Origin: Clostridia bacterium
GTDB lineage: Bacteria; Bacillota; Clostridia; RGIG6154
NCBI GenBank assembly: GCA_017409875.1
Contig: JAFQRW010000008.1
Coordinates: forward strand, 38,920-102,919
Direction of reading: 5' to 3'
DNA length: 64,000 nt
In this document: piece after piece, positions 38,415 through 49,428 of the stretch
How positions within the stretch are numbered: position 1 is the stretch's first letter
Layout: each line of letters opens with the position of its first letter
Notes under the pieces: model-generated
Database searches by the model: none
The model's input: the letters and a program-made list of their open reading frames with translations, nothing else
What the model was told of the DNA's origin: nothing
Program-made: the position numbers and the translations under genes

Positions 38415-39485
38415 ATGATTTGTTTGACTAATGTCTTGGTTTTGTTTGGAGGACAGTCTACAGAACACGAGGTTTCTTTGAAGTCTGCAACAAATATTTT
38501 AAATAAACTTAACGAAAAAAAGTATAATGTTATTAAAGTCGGCATTACAAAACTCGGAAGATGGTTCTTATATGAAGGCGACATTAAGCATATTAAAGAC
38601 GGTAGCTGGGAAAACAAAAATATTACTCCTGCATTTTTAAGTCCTGATGCTTCAATGGGTTTAGTGGTTTTAAAAGACGGTAATGCTGACATAAAAAAAG
38701 TCGATGTAGTATTTCCTGTGCTTCATGGTGCCTGTGGTGAGGACGGCACAATCCAGGGACTTTGTGCTTTGGCAAAAATTCCGTGTGTAGGACCTGATAT
38801 GATTTCTTCTGCGGTTTGTATGGATAAAACGGCTACAAAAATTATGCTTAAAAACTTAGGCATCCCGCAGGCAGACTGGCTTACGGTTTTAGATTATGAA
38901 TTAAACGATATAGAAGCAGTTGTTGAAAAAATCGAAGACAAATTCTGCTATCCTGTGTTTATTAAGCCTGCAAATGCAGGATCTTCGGTTGGAATAGGAA
39001 AGTCGCATAATAAAGATGAATTAAAAGAGCATCTTAAAAGGGCGGCAGAAGTTGACTCTAAAATTTTGGTTGAAGAGTACATAGAAGGCAGAGAAGTTGA
39101 GTGTGCAGTTTTGGGAAACAATCAACCGGTTGCTTCTGTTTTGGGAGAGATTGTGCCTGATAAAGAGTTTTATGATTACGAGGCAAAATATCAATCAGAT
39201 TCAAAGCTTGTAATTCCTGCACCGATTTCTGAAACTAAATCAAATCAGATAAGAGAATTTGCAAAAAAGGCATTTACCCAAATAGGGCTTAAAGGAATGT
39301 CAAGAATTGACTTTTTTGTACATAAAATGACAGGTGATATTTACTTAAACGAAATCAACACTATCCCCGGCTTTACTGATATAAGTATGTATCCAATGCT
39401 TTTAGAACACACCGGAATAGGCACAGAAGAGTTGGTTGATAAGCTCATAGAGCTTGCTATTGAAAATTTTGTCGGAGAGGTTTAA
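38415..39485 (+). CDS. ddl: D-alanine--D-alanine ligase
   Basis: ATP-grasp Ddl motifs (VLFGGQSTEHEVSL, LHGACGEDGTIQG, EINTIPGFT). Confidence 0.85.
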   Translation: MICLTNVLVLFGGQSTEHEVSLKSATNILNKLNEKKYNVIKVGITKLGRWFLYEGDIKHIKDGSWENKNITPAFLSPDASMGLVVLKDGNADIKKVDVVFPVLHGACGEDGTIQGLCALAKIPCVGPDMISSAVCMDKTATKIMLKNLGIPQADWLTVLDYELNDIEAVVEKIEDKFCYPVFIKPANAGSSVGIGKSHNKDELKEHLKRAAEVDSKILVEEYIEGREVECAVLGNNQPVASVLGEIVPDKEFYDYEAKYQSDSKLVIPAPISETKSNQIREFAKKAFTQIGLKGMSRIDFFVHKMTGDIYLNEINTIPGFTDISMYPMLLEHTGIGTEELVDKLIELAIENFVGEV

Positions 39486-39486
39486 T

Positions 39487-40296
39487 ATGAATAATAAACC
39501 AATAGGTGTGTTTGACTCGGGGCTTGGTGGTCTTACCGCTGTTAAAGAAATAATAAACGTTTTGCCAAACGAGGATATTATATATTTCGGAGATACTGCA
39601 AGAGTTCCTTATGGCTCAAGGTCAAGTGAAACTATAATTAAATATGCAAAACAGGATATTTCATTTTTGAAATCTTTTGATATAAAAATAATTTTGGCAG
39701 CTTGCGGAACAGTGTCAAGCGTTGCACTTCCTGAAATTCCATGCGATAAGGTTCGTGTAGTCGGCGTGGTTGAGCCTGCAGCTATAGCTGCGGTTAAAGC
39801 TACAAAAAATAAAAAAATCGCTGTTTTGGGAACAAAAGGAACAATAGATAGCAAGGCGTATGAAACAGAAATTAAAAAACTTATGCCTGATGCCAAAATC
39901 ACTTCAATAGCGTGTCCTATGTTTGTTCATTTGGTTGAAAACGGATATTCGGAGCATGAGGCTACATATTTGATTGCAAAAGAGTATTTAAAGCAAGTGA
40001 TAGACAATGGAGCAGATACTGTTATTTTGGGCTGCACACACTACCCAATGCTTAAAAAAGTGATTTCTAAGGTTTTGGGTGAAAATGTAAGTTTAATTGA
40101 TGTTGGAAAGGCTGCGGCAAATTATCTTAAAGAAATTTTAGATACCGAGAATAAATTAAGCGAACTTAAAAAACCTTCGTATGAGTTTTATGTATCAGAT
40201 GCAAAAGGTGGATTTGAAGATTTGGCTAAATTGTTTTTAAAAAGAGATTTGGGAGCTTTAAAAAGCGTTGATATAGATAAAATCAAGGAGGATTAA
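39487..40296 (+). CDS. murI: Glutamate racemase
   Basis: GVFDSGLGGLT and GCTHYP motifs. Start at ATG 39487 after a GGAGAGG SD. Confidence 0.85.
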   Translation: MNNKPIGVFDSGLGGLTAVKEIINVLPNEDIIYFGDTARVPYGSRSSETIIKYAKQDISFLKSFDIKIILAACGTVSSVALPEIPCDKVRVVGVVEPAAIAAVKATKNKKIAVLGTKGTIDSKAYETEIKKLMPDAKITSIACPMFVHLVENGYSEHEATYLIAKEYLKQVIDNGADTVILGCTHYPMLKKVISKVLGENVSLIDVGKAAANYLKEILDTENKLSELKKPSYEFYVSDAKGGFEDLAKLFLKRDLGALKSVDIDKIKED

Positions 40297-40722
40297 ATGA
40301 CAGTAAACTCTATTATTTCAATGAAAACGCGTCAGACTTCACCTGATGGTGAAAGCTATGATATAGAGATGATGTGCGACGCAGAGTATAGCTATACCCC
40401 CGAAAAGAGCATATTAAAATATCAAGAGCCTGAAGGCTCGGGACTTGGGAAAACAGAAACCCTTTTGGAAGTGGACGATGAAAGCGTAACCATTACAAGA
40501 AGCGGTGAAAACAACTCAAGAATGTATTTTAAGAAGGGCGAAAAATATATAGGCGTATATGAGATGCCTTTTGGTATGTTTACAATTCACATTAATTCAG
40601 ATTATGTTGATATTTTAAGAGAAAAGGACAGCGCACATATATTGACGGAGTATACTTTAGAACTTGAGGGTGTTGTTTCATCACAAAACCGATTAGAACT
40701 TGATGTAAAGAGGAAAGCATAA
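40297..40722 (+). CDS. DUF1934 (YwiB-like beta-barrel) protein
   Basis: Size and pattern typical of DUF1934. This family often neighbours argS in Firmicutes. Confidence 0.6.
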   Translation: MTVNSIISMKTRQTSPDGESYDIEMMCDAEYSYTPEKSILKYQEPEGSGLGKTETLLEVDDESVTITRSGENNSRMYFKKGEKYIGVYEMPFGMFTIHINSDYVDILREKDSAHILTEYTLELEGVVSSQNRLELDVKRKA

Positions 40723-42041
40723 TGAATTTAGTTAAAAGAGCAGGTCTTATGTTGCTGATATTTGCACTTTTTTGCACTTCGGCATTTGCACAGACCACAG
40801 ATTATGCAGCAAAAGATAAAGTTTATAGTGAACTTAAAAGCATTACATTTGACGATATGGCATATATGCCGGTAAATCACTGGTCGAGCGTGGCAGTATA
40901 TACAGTGGCGGCGGCAGGGCTTATTAAAGGCTATGAGTCAGACTTTAATCCAACAGGCACTGTGACAAGAAGTGAGGCACTCGCTGTGCTTTTCAGGTCG
41001 TCAGGAGATGAGGAAACTGCAAACTCTTATTATTCAAAAGTTTTAAACTCAAAAATTAAGGCGCCAAATGATTACAACAACATAGATTCCTGGGCGGATG
41101 GTTATGTAAGACTTGCTGTTGATTATGGGATTTTAACACCTGATGAATACATTTATTGTATGTCAAAAAACTATAATTCTGATGGTGCATTCCCTAAAAA
41201 TATGCCGGCGTTAAAGTCGGAACTTGCCGAATGGATTGTCCGCGTTTACAAGCTTCCGCTTCAGCAAGGCGAAAGCAAAATAGCAAAGTTTTATGACTAT
41301 GACAAGCTTAAAGATGAGGACAAGCCGTATTTAGAAACTGCTGTATACTACGGAATTTTAAATGGCTCGGGAGATAAGCTTGACCCCTATGTTACAATTA
41401 CACGTGAACAGATGGCACAAATTTTTTATAACATCCGTACTCTCTGGGCACAAAAAATAGGGTATGAGATTATACAAACGTCCGTTTTGGATGTGGTTAA
41501 AGAAACTGTGCAGGGCGACGGTAAACTCACCAATGACATTAAAATTGTTACTGACTTTGGAAGTCTTATTACCAAAAGAGAGTACAAATTAAATGGTGAG
41601 ACTGTAGATAACGCATATAACAGCCAACTTATATACAACGATTTTGTTGTGATAGCAGAGGGAAATCTGCCTACCGACAGCACAATTTTAAAAAAGTCTG
41701 ACGGAATAAGCATTTTTACCAAAGATGGCGATGTTAAGTTTATTTTAAAAAATAAAAACGCAGGGACAAGAGATTTTTCTTCTGAAGAATATAAGGATGC
41801 CACGGTTTATAAAGGAAAGCTTTACTTTTTAGATGCAGATGAGATGACAGTTGTTTTAAAAACCGAGCAGGGATTTAAAGAAATTGAGTGTACTTTAGAT
41901 ACACAGTTTTCCTACAGAACAAAAACTGCACCAATATCTACCGTAAACGAAAAGTATAAAGACCACAATGCTTATGTGTTTACTTGCATTGCTAAAGGTG
42001 ACCAAAGAGAATTTGCCTACAGGGTACAAATAACTGATTAA
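40722..42041 (+). CDS. Secreted SLH-domain protein
   Basis: Signal peptide. S-layer-homology motif FDDMAYMPVNHWSSVAVYTVAAAGLIKGY..F.P.G.VTRSEA. A second degenerate repeat follows. Confidence 0.5.
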   Translation: MNLVKRAGLMLLIFALFCTSAFAQTTDYAAKDKVYSELKSITFDDMAYMPVNHWSSVAVYTVAAAGLIKGYESDFNPTGTVTRSEALAVLFRSSGDEETANSYYSKVLNSKIKAPNDYNNIDSWADGYVRLAVDYGILTPDEYIYCMSKNYNSDGAFPKNMPALKSELAEWIVRVYKLPLQQGESKIAKFYDYDKLKDEDKPYLETAVYYGILNGSGDKLDPYVTITREQMAQIFYNIRTLWAQKIGYEIIQTSVLDVVKETVQGDGKLTNDIKIVTDFGSLITKREYKLNGETVDNAYNSQLIYNDFVVIAEGNLPTDSTILKKSDGISIFTKDGDVKFILKNKNAGTRDFSSEEYKDATVYKGKLYFLDADEMTVVLKTEQGFKEIECTLDTQFSYRTKTAPISTVNEKYKDHNAYVFTCIAKGDQREFAYRVQITD

Positions 42042-42057
42042 AAAAGGAGAGAGACTG

Positions 42058-43473
42058 ATGAAAAAGAGAATTTTAGCATTATTATTAGCAGCATTACTTG
42101 TTATTCCTACATTTGTTTCAGCTTCTGATATAAAGGACCCCGAAGGGTATGCGGTAATTTCTACACTTTTTAATTTTGTAAAACATTTCTATCACTTTGG
42201 AGTTGATGACTCTGAAGCAACCGATAATATAATTAAAGAAGTGCTAAAAGAAAATCCGGACGCTTTTGATACCATTGTTAATGCGTTTATGGAGTCTTTA
42301 GATGAACATAGTGTATATTATACTAAAGAGGAGTTTGACAGCTTTAATAATTATATTGAGTCAGGTTTTGCGGGAATTGGCATTACATATTTAAGAGAAA
42401 ACGGCAGGATGGTGGTATCGGATACTGTGGAAGACTCGCCTGCATATAAAGCCGGAATTCAACCGGGTGACATTATAGCGGCAGTAGACGGAATTTCGCT
42501 TTATGACTGCGATACCGACTACGCGGCATCACTTATAAGAGGCAACGAGGGCACAAGCGTTGTTGTTACTATAGAGCGTGGTGATAAAAAATTTGATATC
42601 ACACTTATAAGAGCAACACTTCATGATGTCACAGTTAATTACTCAATGCTTGAAGATGATATTGCATATTTCCAGATTTCAATGTTTGGCTCTGAAACGG
42701 CAAACGAATTTGAAAAGGCATACAATGAACTTCAGCAATACAAGCCAAAAGGTTATATTGTTGATTTAAGATATAATACCGGTGGCGTTACAGATGCAGC
42801 ACTTTCGTGTCTTTCGTATTTTCTGCCTAAAGGTGCTACAACAATGAATTTTTACAGCAGGGCGGAAGGAACTGTAACATATCAGAACAAATCAGACGGG
42901 AAAAAGCAAAATTTAGTTGTGCTTGTAAACGAGTATACGGCATCAGCTTCTGAAATTTTTACTGCTGCAATTAAAGACAATTCGGCAGGAGTTATTGTAG
43001 GAACAAAGACGTATGGCAAAGGAACTTCACAAACTACAATAGGTCTTGGTGAGTATGGTGGATTAAAGCTTACGATTGCAGAATTTAAATCACCCCTTGG
43101 CAATAGCATTGACGGTGTTGGAATATCTCCTGATATTTATGTTAAAAATGTAACAAAAAAAGCCGAAGCAGGTGATTTTGAAAAACTTGAATATAAAAAG
43201 GTTTACAAGCAAGGTGATAGCGGCGATGAAGTTTATGCGATAAAGCAAAGGCTTTCTGCTACAGGGCATTTTAAAGGGAATATGGATAATTATTTTGATT
43301 TGTCCCTGGTTAAGGCAGTAAAAGATATTCAAAAACAAGCGGGACTTTTTGTGTACGGCGTTGCAGATATTACAACTCAGACCGTTATTAATAATCTCGC
43401 ATTAGAATCAGAAATTATGATTGATTCACAGCTTGATAAAGCTTTTGAACAAGTTAAAAATAATATAAAATAA
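42058..43473 (+). CDS. S41 C-terminal processing peptidase (CtpA-like) with PDZ and C-terminal peptidoglycan-binding domain
   Basis: PDZ segment GIQPGDIIAAVDG. Catalytic S41 region (NEYTASASEIF...K). PG_binding_1-like C-terminus. Confidence 0.8.
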   Translation: MKKRILALLLAALLVIPTFVSASDIKDPEGYAVISTLFNFVKHFYHFGVDDSEATDNIIKEVLKENPDAFDTIVNAFMESLDEHSVYYTKEEFDSFNNYIESGFAGIGITYLRENGRMVVSDTVEDSPAYKAGIQPGDIIAAVDGISLYDCDTDYAASLIRGNEGTSVVVTIERGDKKFDITLIRATLHDVTVNYSMLEDDIAYFQISMFGSETANEFEKAYNELQQYKPKGYIVDLRYNTGGVTDAALSCLSYFLPKGATTMNFYSRAEGTVTYQNKSDGKKQNLVVLVNEYTASASEIFTAAIKDNSAGVIVGTKTYGKGTSQTTIGLGEYGGLKLTIAEFKSPLGNSIDGVGISPDIYVKNVTKKAEAGDFEKLEYKKVYKQGDSGDEVYAIKQRLSATGHFKGNMDNYFDLSLVKAVKDIQKQAGLFVYGVADITTQTVINNLALESEIMIDSQLDKAFEQVKNNIK

Positions 43474-43486
43474 AGAAGGTAATACT

Positions 43487-43999
43487 ATGATTAACAGCAA
43501 GACAAGACAAATTGTAATTTCTGGACTTTTGGTGGCAATAGCGTTTATTATTCCGTTGATGCTTCCAAATTTAAGCGGACTTCCGGAATTTTCAGCAACA
43601 CCTTTTGCACATGTTCCGGTTATGATTGCAATGTTCATTAACCCTACAGTTACAGTATTTGTAGTAATTGGTACAGCAATCAGCTTTTTTATAAAGTATG
43701 TTCCTATTGTAGGGCTTCGTGCGCTTACACATCTTTTGTTCGCACTCGTTGCAGCTGCAATGCTAAAAAAGAGCAAAACTAAGCTTAATATTTTTATTAC
43801 ATATTTAGTAACACTTGTTTTACACGCAGGTGCTGAGGCAATAATTATTGCAGTATGGTTTGCTTTCTTTGCAGGAACAGGGCTTACAAGTCCACTTTAC
43901 CTCGGAATAGGAATATTTGCGCTTCATCACACATTTGATTTTATAGTAACCCTTGTAATTTACTTTGCGCTTGTTAAGGCTAAGGTTTTAAAATCATAA
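43487..43999 (+). CDS. Small ECF-transporter S component (QueT-like, ~170 aa, 5-6 TM)
   Basis: Entirely hydrophobic TM pattern. The size is characteristic of the QueT/YhhQ-type substrate-capture proteins. Confidence 0.5.
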   Translation: MINSKTRQIVISGLLVAIAFIIPLMLPNLSGLPEFSATPFAHVPVMIAMFINPTVTVFVVIGTAISFFIKYVPIVGLRALTHLLFALVAAAMLKKSKTKLNIFITYLVTLVLHAGAEAIIIAVWFAFFAGTGLTSPLYLGIGIFALHHTFDFIVTLVIYFALVKAKVLKS

Positions 44000-44033
44000 A
44001 ACATTCAAGAATTTTGCGAAAGGTAATTAATTT

Positions 44034-45773
44034 ATGAATTTCAGAGATATTTTAACAGAGAAAATCAAAAATGCCTTTGTTGAGGCAGGATATGATGATA
44101 AAAATGCCTATGTGAGTCTTTCCGGCAGGCCTGACCTTTGTCAGTATCAGTGTAACGCTTGTTTGCCGCTTGCTAAGATATACAAACAAAAGCCTATGGA
44201 TATTGCGGCAAAAATAGCAGACGTTTTATCAAATGACGACGCTTTTGAATCAGTTGTGGCTTGCCCTCCGGGATTTTTGAATATTATTGTAAAGGATGAA
44301 TTTTTAACATCTTTTATCAATAAAATGGCAGCAGATGATCAATTCTTATTTGACAAAATACAAAATCCCGTAAAAACAATAGTTGACTATGGCGGAGCAA
44401 ATGTTGCAAAATCACTTCATGTAGGACATCTTCGCTCGGCAATCATTGGCGAGAGCATAAAAAGGCTTTTAAGGTTTGAGGGCCACGAAGTTTTAGGCGA
44501 TGTTCACTTAGGCGACTGGGGTTTACAGATGGGCATTGTTATCCTCGGCATTATAGAGCAGTTTGGCATTGAAAATTTACAAACTGATGAAGACAGAACA
44601 AAAAACATTACAATTTCTGTATTGGAAAAGACTTATCCTCAAAAAAGTGCTGAGGCCAAGCAAAATGAAGATGTTATGGCAGAGTGTAAGAGAATAACTT
44701 TTGAGCTTCAAAAGGGCGAGGGTATTTACTTTGACATCTGGCAGAAAGTTTTGGCTGTTTCTGTTGAGGATTTAAAGAAAAACTATGCAAGACTGGGCGT
44801 AGAGTTCGACCTTTGGAAAGGTGAGAGTGACACAAGAAATGTAGTTCGCGGTATGATTGACGCCTTAAAAGAAAAAGGCTTTGCGCATGAAGATGACGGA
44901 GCTTTGGTAATAGACATTACAAATGAGCAAGACAATCCGCCTCTTCCACCATTTATCTTAGAAAAGTCAGACGGAGCAATTTTATATAGCACAACAGACC
45001 TTGCCACAATTCTTCAAAGATGTGAAGAGTTTGACACACAAAGAATGATTTATGTTGTTGATAACCGTCAGGGAACGCATTTTAAACAGCTTTTCAGAAC
45101 TGTCGCAAAAACTGGTATTGCAGGTAAAGAGTTAGATCTTGAATTTTCAGGCTTTGGAACCATGAATGGCAAAGACGGAAAACCATATAAGACCCGTGAG
45201 GGCGGTGTTATGCGTCTTGAAGATTTGATCAATGCGTTAGAAACTGAGGCATATAAAAAGCTTGAAGATACAATAGGAAATGATGTTTCAGATGAAGAAA
45301 AGAAAGAAATTGCCCATCAGGTAGGAGTAGGTGCATTAAAGTTTGCAGACCTTTCAAACCACAGGAGCAAAGACTATAATTTTGATGTTGAGAGATTTTG
45401 TTCATTTGAGGGCAAAACCGGTCCGTATGTTCAATATACTGCAGTAAGAATTGCATCAATTTTAGCAAAATGCGAAAGCTTGTCAGCAAAAATTGATTTG
45501 CCTGAAGGCGATGTACAAAGAGATTTATTTATTCTTTTAACAGAGTACCAGACTGCAGTTAAAGGAGCAGCTTTTGAGCTTGCACCAAATATTTTGGTAG
45601 ATTATATCTATCAGCTGGCAGTTGCACTTAATAAATATTATCATGAGTATAAGGTTGCAACAGAGACTGACATAGACAAGAAAAACTCACGCACCAACAC
45701 ATTAAAACTTTCATTTGAACTTATGAAAACGCTTTTAGATATTGTTGGAATTGAGATTCCAAAGAGAATGTAA
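44034..45773 (+). CDS. argS: Arginine--tRNA ligase
   Basis: HVGH HIGH-type motif, anticodon-binding DALR C-terminal domain, 579 aa. Confidence 0.9.
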   Translation: MNFRDILTEKIKNAFVEAGYDDKNAYVSLSGRPDLCQYQCNACLPLAKIYKQKPMDIAAKIADVLSNDDAFESVVACPPGFLNIIVKDEFLTSFINKMAADDQFLFDKIQNPVKTIVDYGGANVAKSLHVGHLRSAIIGESIKRLLRFEGHEVLGDVHLGDWGLQMGIVILGIIEQFGIENLQTDEDRTKNITISVLEKTYPQKSAEAKQNEDVMAECKRITFELQKGEGIYFDIWQKVLAVSVEDLKKNYARLGVEFDLWKGESDTRNVVRGMIDALKEKGFAHEDDGALVIDITNEQDNPPLPPFILEKSDGAILYSTTDLATILQRCEEFDTQRMIYVVDNRQGTHFKQLFRTVAKTGIAGKELDLEFSGFGTMNGKDGKPYKTREGGVMRLEDLINALETEAYKKLEDTIGNDVSDEEKKEIAHQVGVGALKFADLSNHRSKDYNFDVERFCSFEGKTGPYVQYTAVRIASILAKCESLSAKIDLPEGDVQRDLFILLTEYQTAVKGAAFELAPNILVDYIYQLAVALNKYYHEYKVATETDIDKKNSRTNTLKLSFELMKTLLDIVGIEIPKRM

Positions 45774-45784
45774 AGAAAGGAAAG

Positions 45785-47056
45785 ATGAATATGGAAATAG
45801 AAACAAAATGCCTGTACTCGGGATACACTCCTGAAAACGGAGGACCGCAGACTCTTCCGATTTATCAAAGCACAACATTTAAGTACAACTCAACAGAGCA
45901 GGTCGCAAAGCTTTTTGATTTAACTGAAAACGGTTTTTTCTATTCAAGAATAGGCAATCCTACAGTGGATGCAGTTGAACAAAAAATTGCTGATTTAGAG
46001 GGTGGCGTAGGCGCTTTAATGACATCCTCAGGTCAGGCTGCAAACTTTATTGCAATACTTAATATTTTAAGTGCTGGCGACCATATGATTTCATCAAACG
46101 AGATTTATGGCGGAACATTCAATTTGTTCGCAGTTACTCTTAAGAGAATGGGAATTGAGGTTACGTTTGTTGATCAGGATTTGTCTATAGATGAGCTTCA
46201 AAAATATGTAAAGCCAAATACAAAAGCTGTGTTTGGTGAAACAATCACAAACCCGACAATTTCAGTTTTAGATATCGAAAAATTTGCCGAGTTTGCTCAC
46301 AAAAACAATGTGCCGCTCATTATTGACAACACGTTTGCAACTCCTGTGCTTTGCCGACCTTTTGAATTTGGTGCAGATATTGTTACGCATTCAACTACAA
46401 AATATATGGACGGGCATGCACTGACCGTTGGTGGTGTAATTGTTGACAGCGGAAACTTTGACTGGACAAATGGAAAGTTTTCTGACCTTACAACTCCTGA
46501 TGAATCTTACCACGGAGTTTCATATACTAAGGAATTTGGAAAAGCAGCATATATCGTAAAGGCAAGAGTTCAGCTTATGCGTGATTTAGGAGCAACCCCT
46601 TCTGCATTTAATGCGTTTTTAATAAATCAGGGTTTGGAAACTCTTTCAATGAGAATCAAAACTCACTCTTCCAACGCAGAGCAAATGGCTCAGTTCTTAG
46701 CAAAACACGAAAAGGTTGAGTTTGTAAATTATCCTACAATAGAAGGTAACAAATATGCCGATTTGGCTAAAAAGTACTTAGATGGAGGAAACAGCGGTGT
46801 TATTGCATTTAGCTTAAAAGGCGGAAGAGAAGCTGGAATTAAGTTTATTGATAGCCTTAAAATGGTATCACTTTTGGTACACGTTGCAGATATTAGAAGC
46901 TGCGTGCTTCACCCGGCGAGTTCTACTCACAGACAGATGTCAGATAAGCAGCTTTTAGATGCAGGAATTACACCCGGACTTATCAGATTTTCTGTTGGCA
47001 CTGAAAACATTAAGGACATTATAGAGGATGTTTCTCAGGCACTTGATAAGATTTAA
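45785..47056 (+). CDS. O-acetylhomoserine/O-acetylserine sulfhydrylase (PLP, Cys/Met gamma-family)
   Basis: PLP-lysine context [10 protein letters not shown] and N-terminal YQSTTF. Confidence 0.8.
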   Translation: MNMEIETKCLYSGYTPENGGPQTLPIYQSTTFKYNSTEQVAKLFDLTENGFFYSRIGNPTVDAVEQKIADLEGGVGALMTSSGQAANFIAILNILSAGDHMISSNEIYGGTFNLFAVTLKRMGIEVTFVDQDLSIDELQKYVKPNTKAVFGETITNPTISVLDIEKFAEFAHKNNVPLIIDNTFATPVLCRPFEFGADIVTHSTTKYMDGHALTVGGVIVDSGNFDWTNGKFSDLTTPDESYHGVSYTKEFGKAAYIVKARVQLMRDLGATPSAFNAFLINQGLETLSMRIKTHSSNAEQMAQFLAKHEKVEFVNYPTIEGNKYADLAKKYLDGGNSGVIAFSLKGGREAGIKFIDSLKMVSLLVHVADIRSCVLHPASSTHRQMSDKQLLDAGITPGLIRFSVGTENIKDIIEDVSQALDKI

Positions 47057-47063
47057 TTAAATA

Positions 47064-47100
47064 AAAAAACAGCAGTGCATTAAGCACTGCTGTTTTTTTA
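47064..47100. terminator. Bidirectional rho-independent terminator between metY-like (+) and GH3 (-)
   Basis: aaaaaaacagcagtgc-atta-gcactgctgttttttt. Confidence 0.8.
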
Positions 47101-47104
47101 TTTA

Positions 47105-48706
47105 TTATTCAAAATTAACATCGTATGTAAGTGAGCCTTTTGCAGGGTAATTGCCGGCTAAAACTTCAAGTGCTGCCATAGTGCCTTTTTTAGAACAAGT
47201 ACCGATAATAATTCTTGGAATATGTGACAATCCTTCTAAAGCATAAGGATTACCAAAGTGCACAATAGTAGAAATCTGGTTTGAAACCTGCATTGCGTCA
47301 ATTAAAGAAATGACACGTGGGGTAAATTCTTCTTTTCCAACGTATGCACCAAAATCAGTATATGTAACAAATACAACGTCGTCAAAATTAAGCATGTTTT
47401 TCAGTATACATGAAACATTATGAGCAGTTGGCAACTGTCTTAATGCGGTAGCTTCTGAGTTAGGGAACAATTCAATAAGCCTGTTCATAATGTTATTAGT
47501 TACATACCAACCGCCTGAGAAAGTATCAACATCAACTTTACCATCGTCCGAAAGCTGGGCTTCGTTATCGGTAAGAACAATGAAATAGTGCTTTCCATCA
47601 CGTGAAATAGAGGTAGCAAGACCATCATCTGTTTTTGCATAAACAGAATCTGTATTGATTTTTTCAATAGCATCTATATCATCCTGAGTTATTTCGTCAA
47701 ACTTAGGTTGCATTTCAAAAATTTTGTGCTGAGCAGCTAACACTCTTTTTACTGCAGCATTAAGGCTTTCTTCAGTAAGAATTCCTTTTTTGTATGTTTC
47801 GTAAATGGCATTATATGCTTTTTTGTTATCTGGCTCCCAAGTTAAAGCGATATCGTTGCCGTTTTCAATAGCAAGTCCTTTTGAATCTGTTTCGCCGAAT
47901 TTTGTAACAATACCCATCATACTAAGAGCATCTGTTATAGCAAATCCATCAAAACCCTGCTCTCTGATAATTCCGATTACTTTTTTAGAAAGACTTGCAG
48001 GGTAGTCAGGGTCGATATTAGGAAGTCTGCAATGGCCTGTCATAATGCCGTCCATAAGACCTTTTTTCATAAGCTCTAAGTATGGGAACAATGAGTAGTC
48101 AAGAAGTTCTTCTTTAGTCATATATGAGCAAGATTCTGCCATGTGAGAATCAATTAATTTTGAGTTCAGAGTTTTTTTCTCGGCACTTGGATAGTGCTTG
48201 GCTACGGTCAAAACACCGCCGTCGCGCATGCCTTGCGCTATAGCTTCAGCAAGCTTTGCTACTTTATACTTGTCACTGCCTAACGAACGCATGTTTCCTC
48301 CGCAAGAGCTAATTCCTCGGCACATATCTACAACCGGGTTACAAACCACATTATATCCTTTTTCACGTGCGGCGATAGCAGTTACTTTTCCAAACTCGTA
48401 AGCAAGCTCTTCGTTATCTGTCATTCCAAGTGAATTGTGCAAACCAATAGTGTAATCGTCACATCCGCTTTCAGCATCTGTAATAAACAGCAAAGGATAA
48501 TCTGCAGCCTCTTTGATTTTTGCTGTAATCTCTTTAAAGTCTGAAGCAGAGGGCAAAATCCAGATAGAACCTAAGGCGCGTTTTCTGACAAGGTCAAGAA
48601 TAAATTCATCACCCTCAGGAGATCTGCCCCAGTTTCCAACCATACCGCATGTTACCATTCCAATTTTTTGTTCTAATGTAAGTTCTTCAAATTTTAATTC
48701 TTTCAT
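47105..48706 (-). CDS. Glycoside hydrolase family 3 (beta-N-acetylhexosaminidase NagZ-like / beta-glucosidase-like)
   Basis: GH3 N-terminal (alpha/beta)8 motifs including the K-H-F/YPG region (AKHYPS) and the catalytic Asp region (GFAITDAL). Confidence 0.75.
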   Translation of the reverse strand: MKELKFEELTLEQKIGMVTCGMVGNWGRSPEGDEFILDLVRKRALGSIWILPSASDFKEITAKIKEAADYPLLFITDAESGCDDYTIGLHNSLGMTDNEELAYEFGKVTAIAAREKGYNVVCNPVVDMCRGISSCGGNMRSLGSDKYKVAKLAEAIAQGMRDGGVLTVAKHYPSAEKKTLNSKLIDSHMAESCSYMTKEELLDYSLFPYLELMKKGLMDGIMTGHCRLPNIDPDYPASLSKKVIGIIREQGFDGFAITDALSMMGIVTKFGETDSKGLAIENGNDIALTWEPDNKKAYNAIYETYKKGILTEESLNAAVKRVLAAQHKIFEMQPKFDEITQDDIDAIEKINTDSVYAKTDDGLATSISRDGKHYFIVLTDNEAQLSDDGKVDVDTFSGGWYVTNNIMNRLIELFPNSEATALRQLPTAHNVSCILKNMLNFDDVVFVTYTDFGAYVGKEEFTPRVISLIDAMQVSNQISTIVHFGNPYALEGLSHIPRIIIGTCSKKGTMAALEVLAGNYPAKGSLTYDVNFE

Positions 48707-48852
48707 TGTAAACCCTCCTCACATAAGTTAATTATAGCAAAAAAAAAGTAAAAGTCAATAGAAAAATCGGAAAAATATCACAAAAAAGAACGGCGGTAAA
48801 AAGCATCGTTTTTCAAATGCTTTTTACCAGTCTTTTAAAGAGAAAAAATTAT

Positions 48853-48882
48853 TTGACAACACCTATTAAAAACAGTTATAAT
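48853..48882 (+). promoter_or_regulatory. Sigma-A-type promoter upstream of ruvC
   Basis: TTGACA, 18-nt spacer, TATAAT. Confidence 0.5.
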
Positions 48883-48921
48883 ATAAGGTAGGAATTCGCT
48901 TTTTAAAATAGAGGTGTTTTT

Positions 48922-49413
48922 TTGAGAATACTTGGAATTGACCCAGGTTTTGCTATTGTGGGTTATGGTGTTATTGATTACGAAAAAGGGAAATATAAAA
49001 CAGTAGATTACGGCAAAATAACAACTCCTGCCGGCATGGATATGCCACTTCGTTTAAAAGAAGTTTATGATGGGATTTTAAGGCTTATTGAACTTTTTAA
49101 ACCTGATGTTTTGGCAATCGAAGAGCTGTTTTTCAATACCAATGTTAAAACGGCTATTGCGGTAGGGCACGCAAGAGGAGTAATAGTTTTAGCTGCGGCA
49201 AACAAAGGGATTAAAATTAATGAATATACCCCCCTTCAGATTAAACAGGCGGTGGTAGGGTACGGAAGAGCAGATAAAAACCAGGTTCAGCAGATGGTAA
49301 AAATGTTTTTGGGGTTAAAAGAAGTACCAAAGCCCGACGATACAGCAGATGCATTAGCTGTTGCAATATGTCATGCCAATTCTTCTTCACTTGGCGGAGT
49401 TTTGGGGTTATAA
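48922..49413 (+). CDS. ruvC: Holliday junction resolvase RuvC
   Basis: ILGIDPG, AIEE..F and [14 protein letters not shown] catalytic motifs. TTG start. Confidence 0.85.
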   Translation: MRILGIDPGFAIVGYGVIDYEKGKYKTVDYGKITTPAGMDMPLRLKEVYDGILRLIELFKPDVLAIEELFFNTNVKTAIAVGHARGVIVLAAANKGIKINEYTPLQIKQAVVGYGRADKNQVQQMVKMFLGLKEVPKPDDTADALAVAICHANSSSLGGVLGL

Positions 49414-49428
49414 GAAAGGAATTTAAAT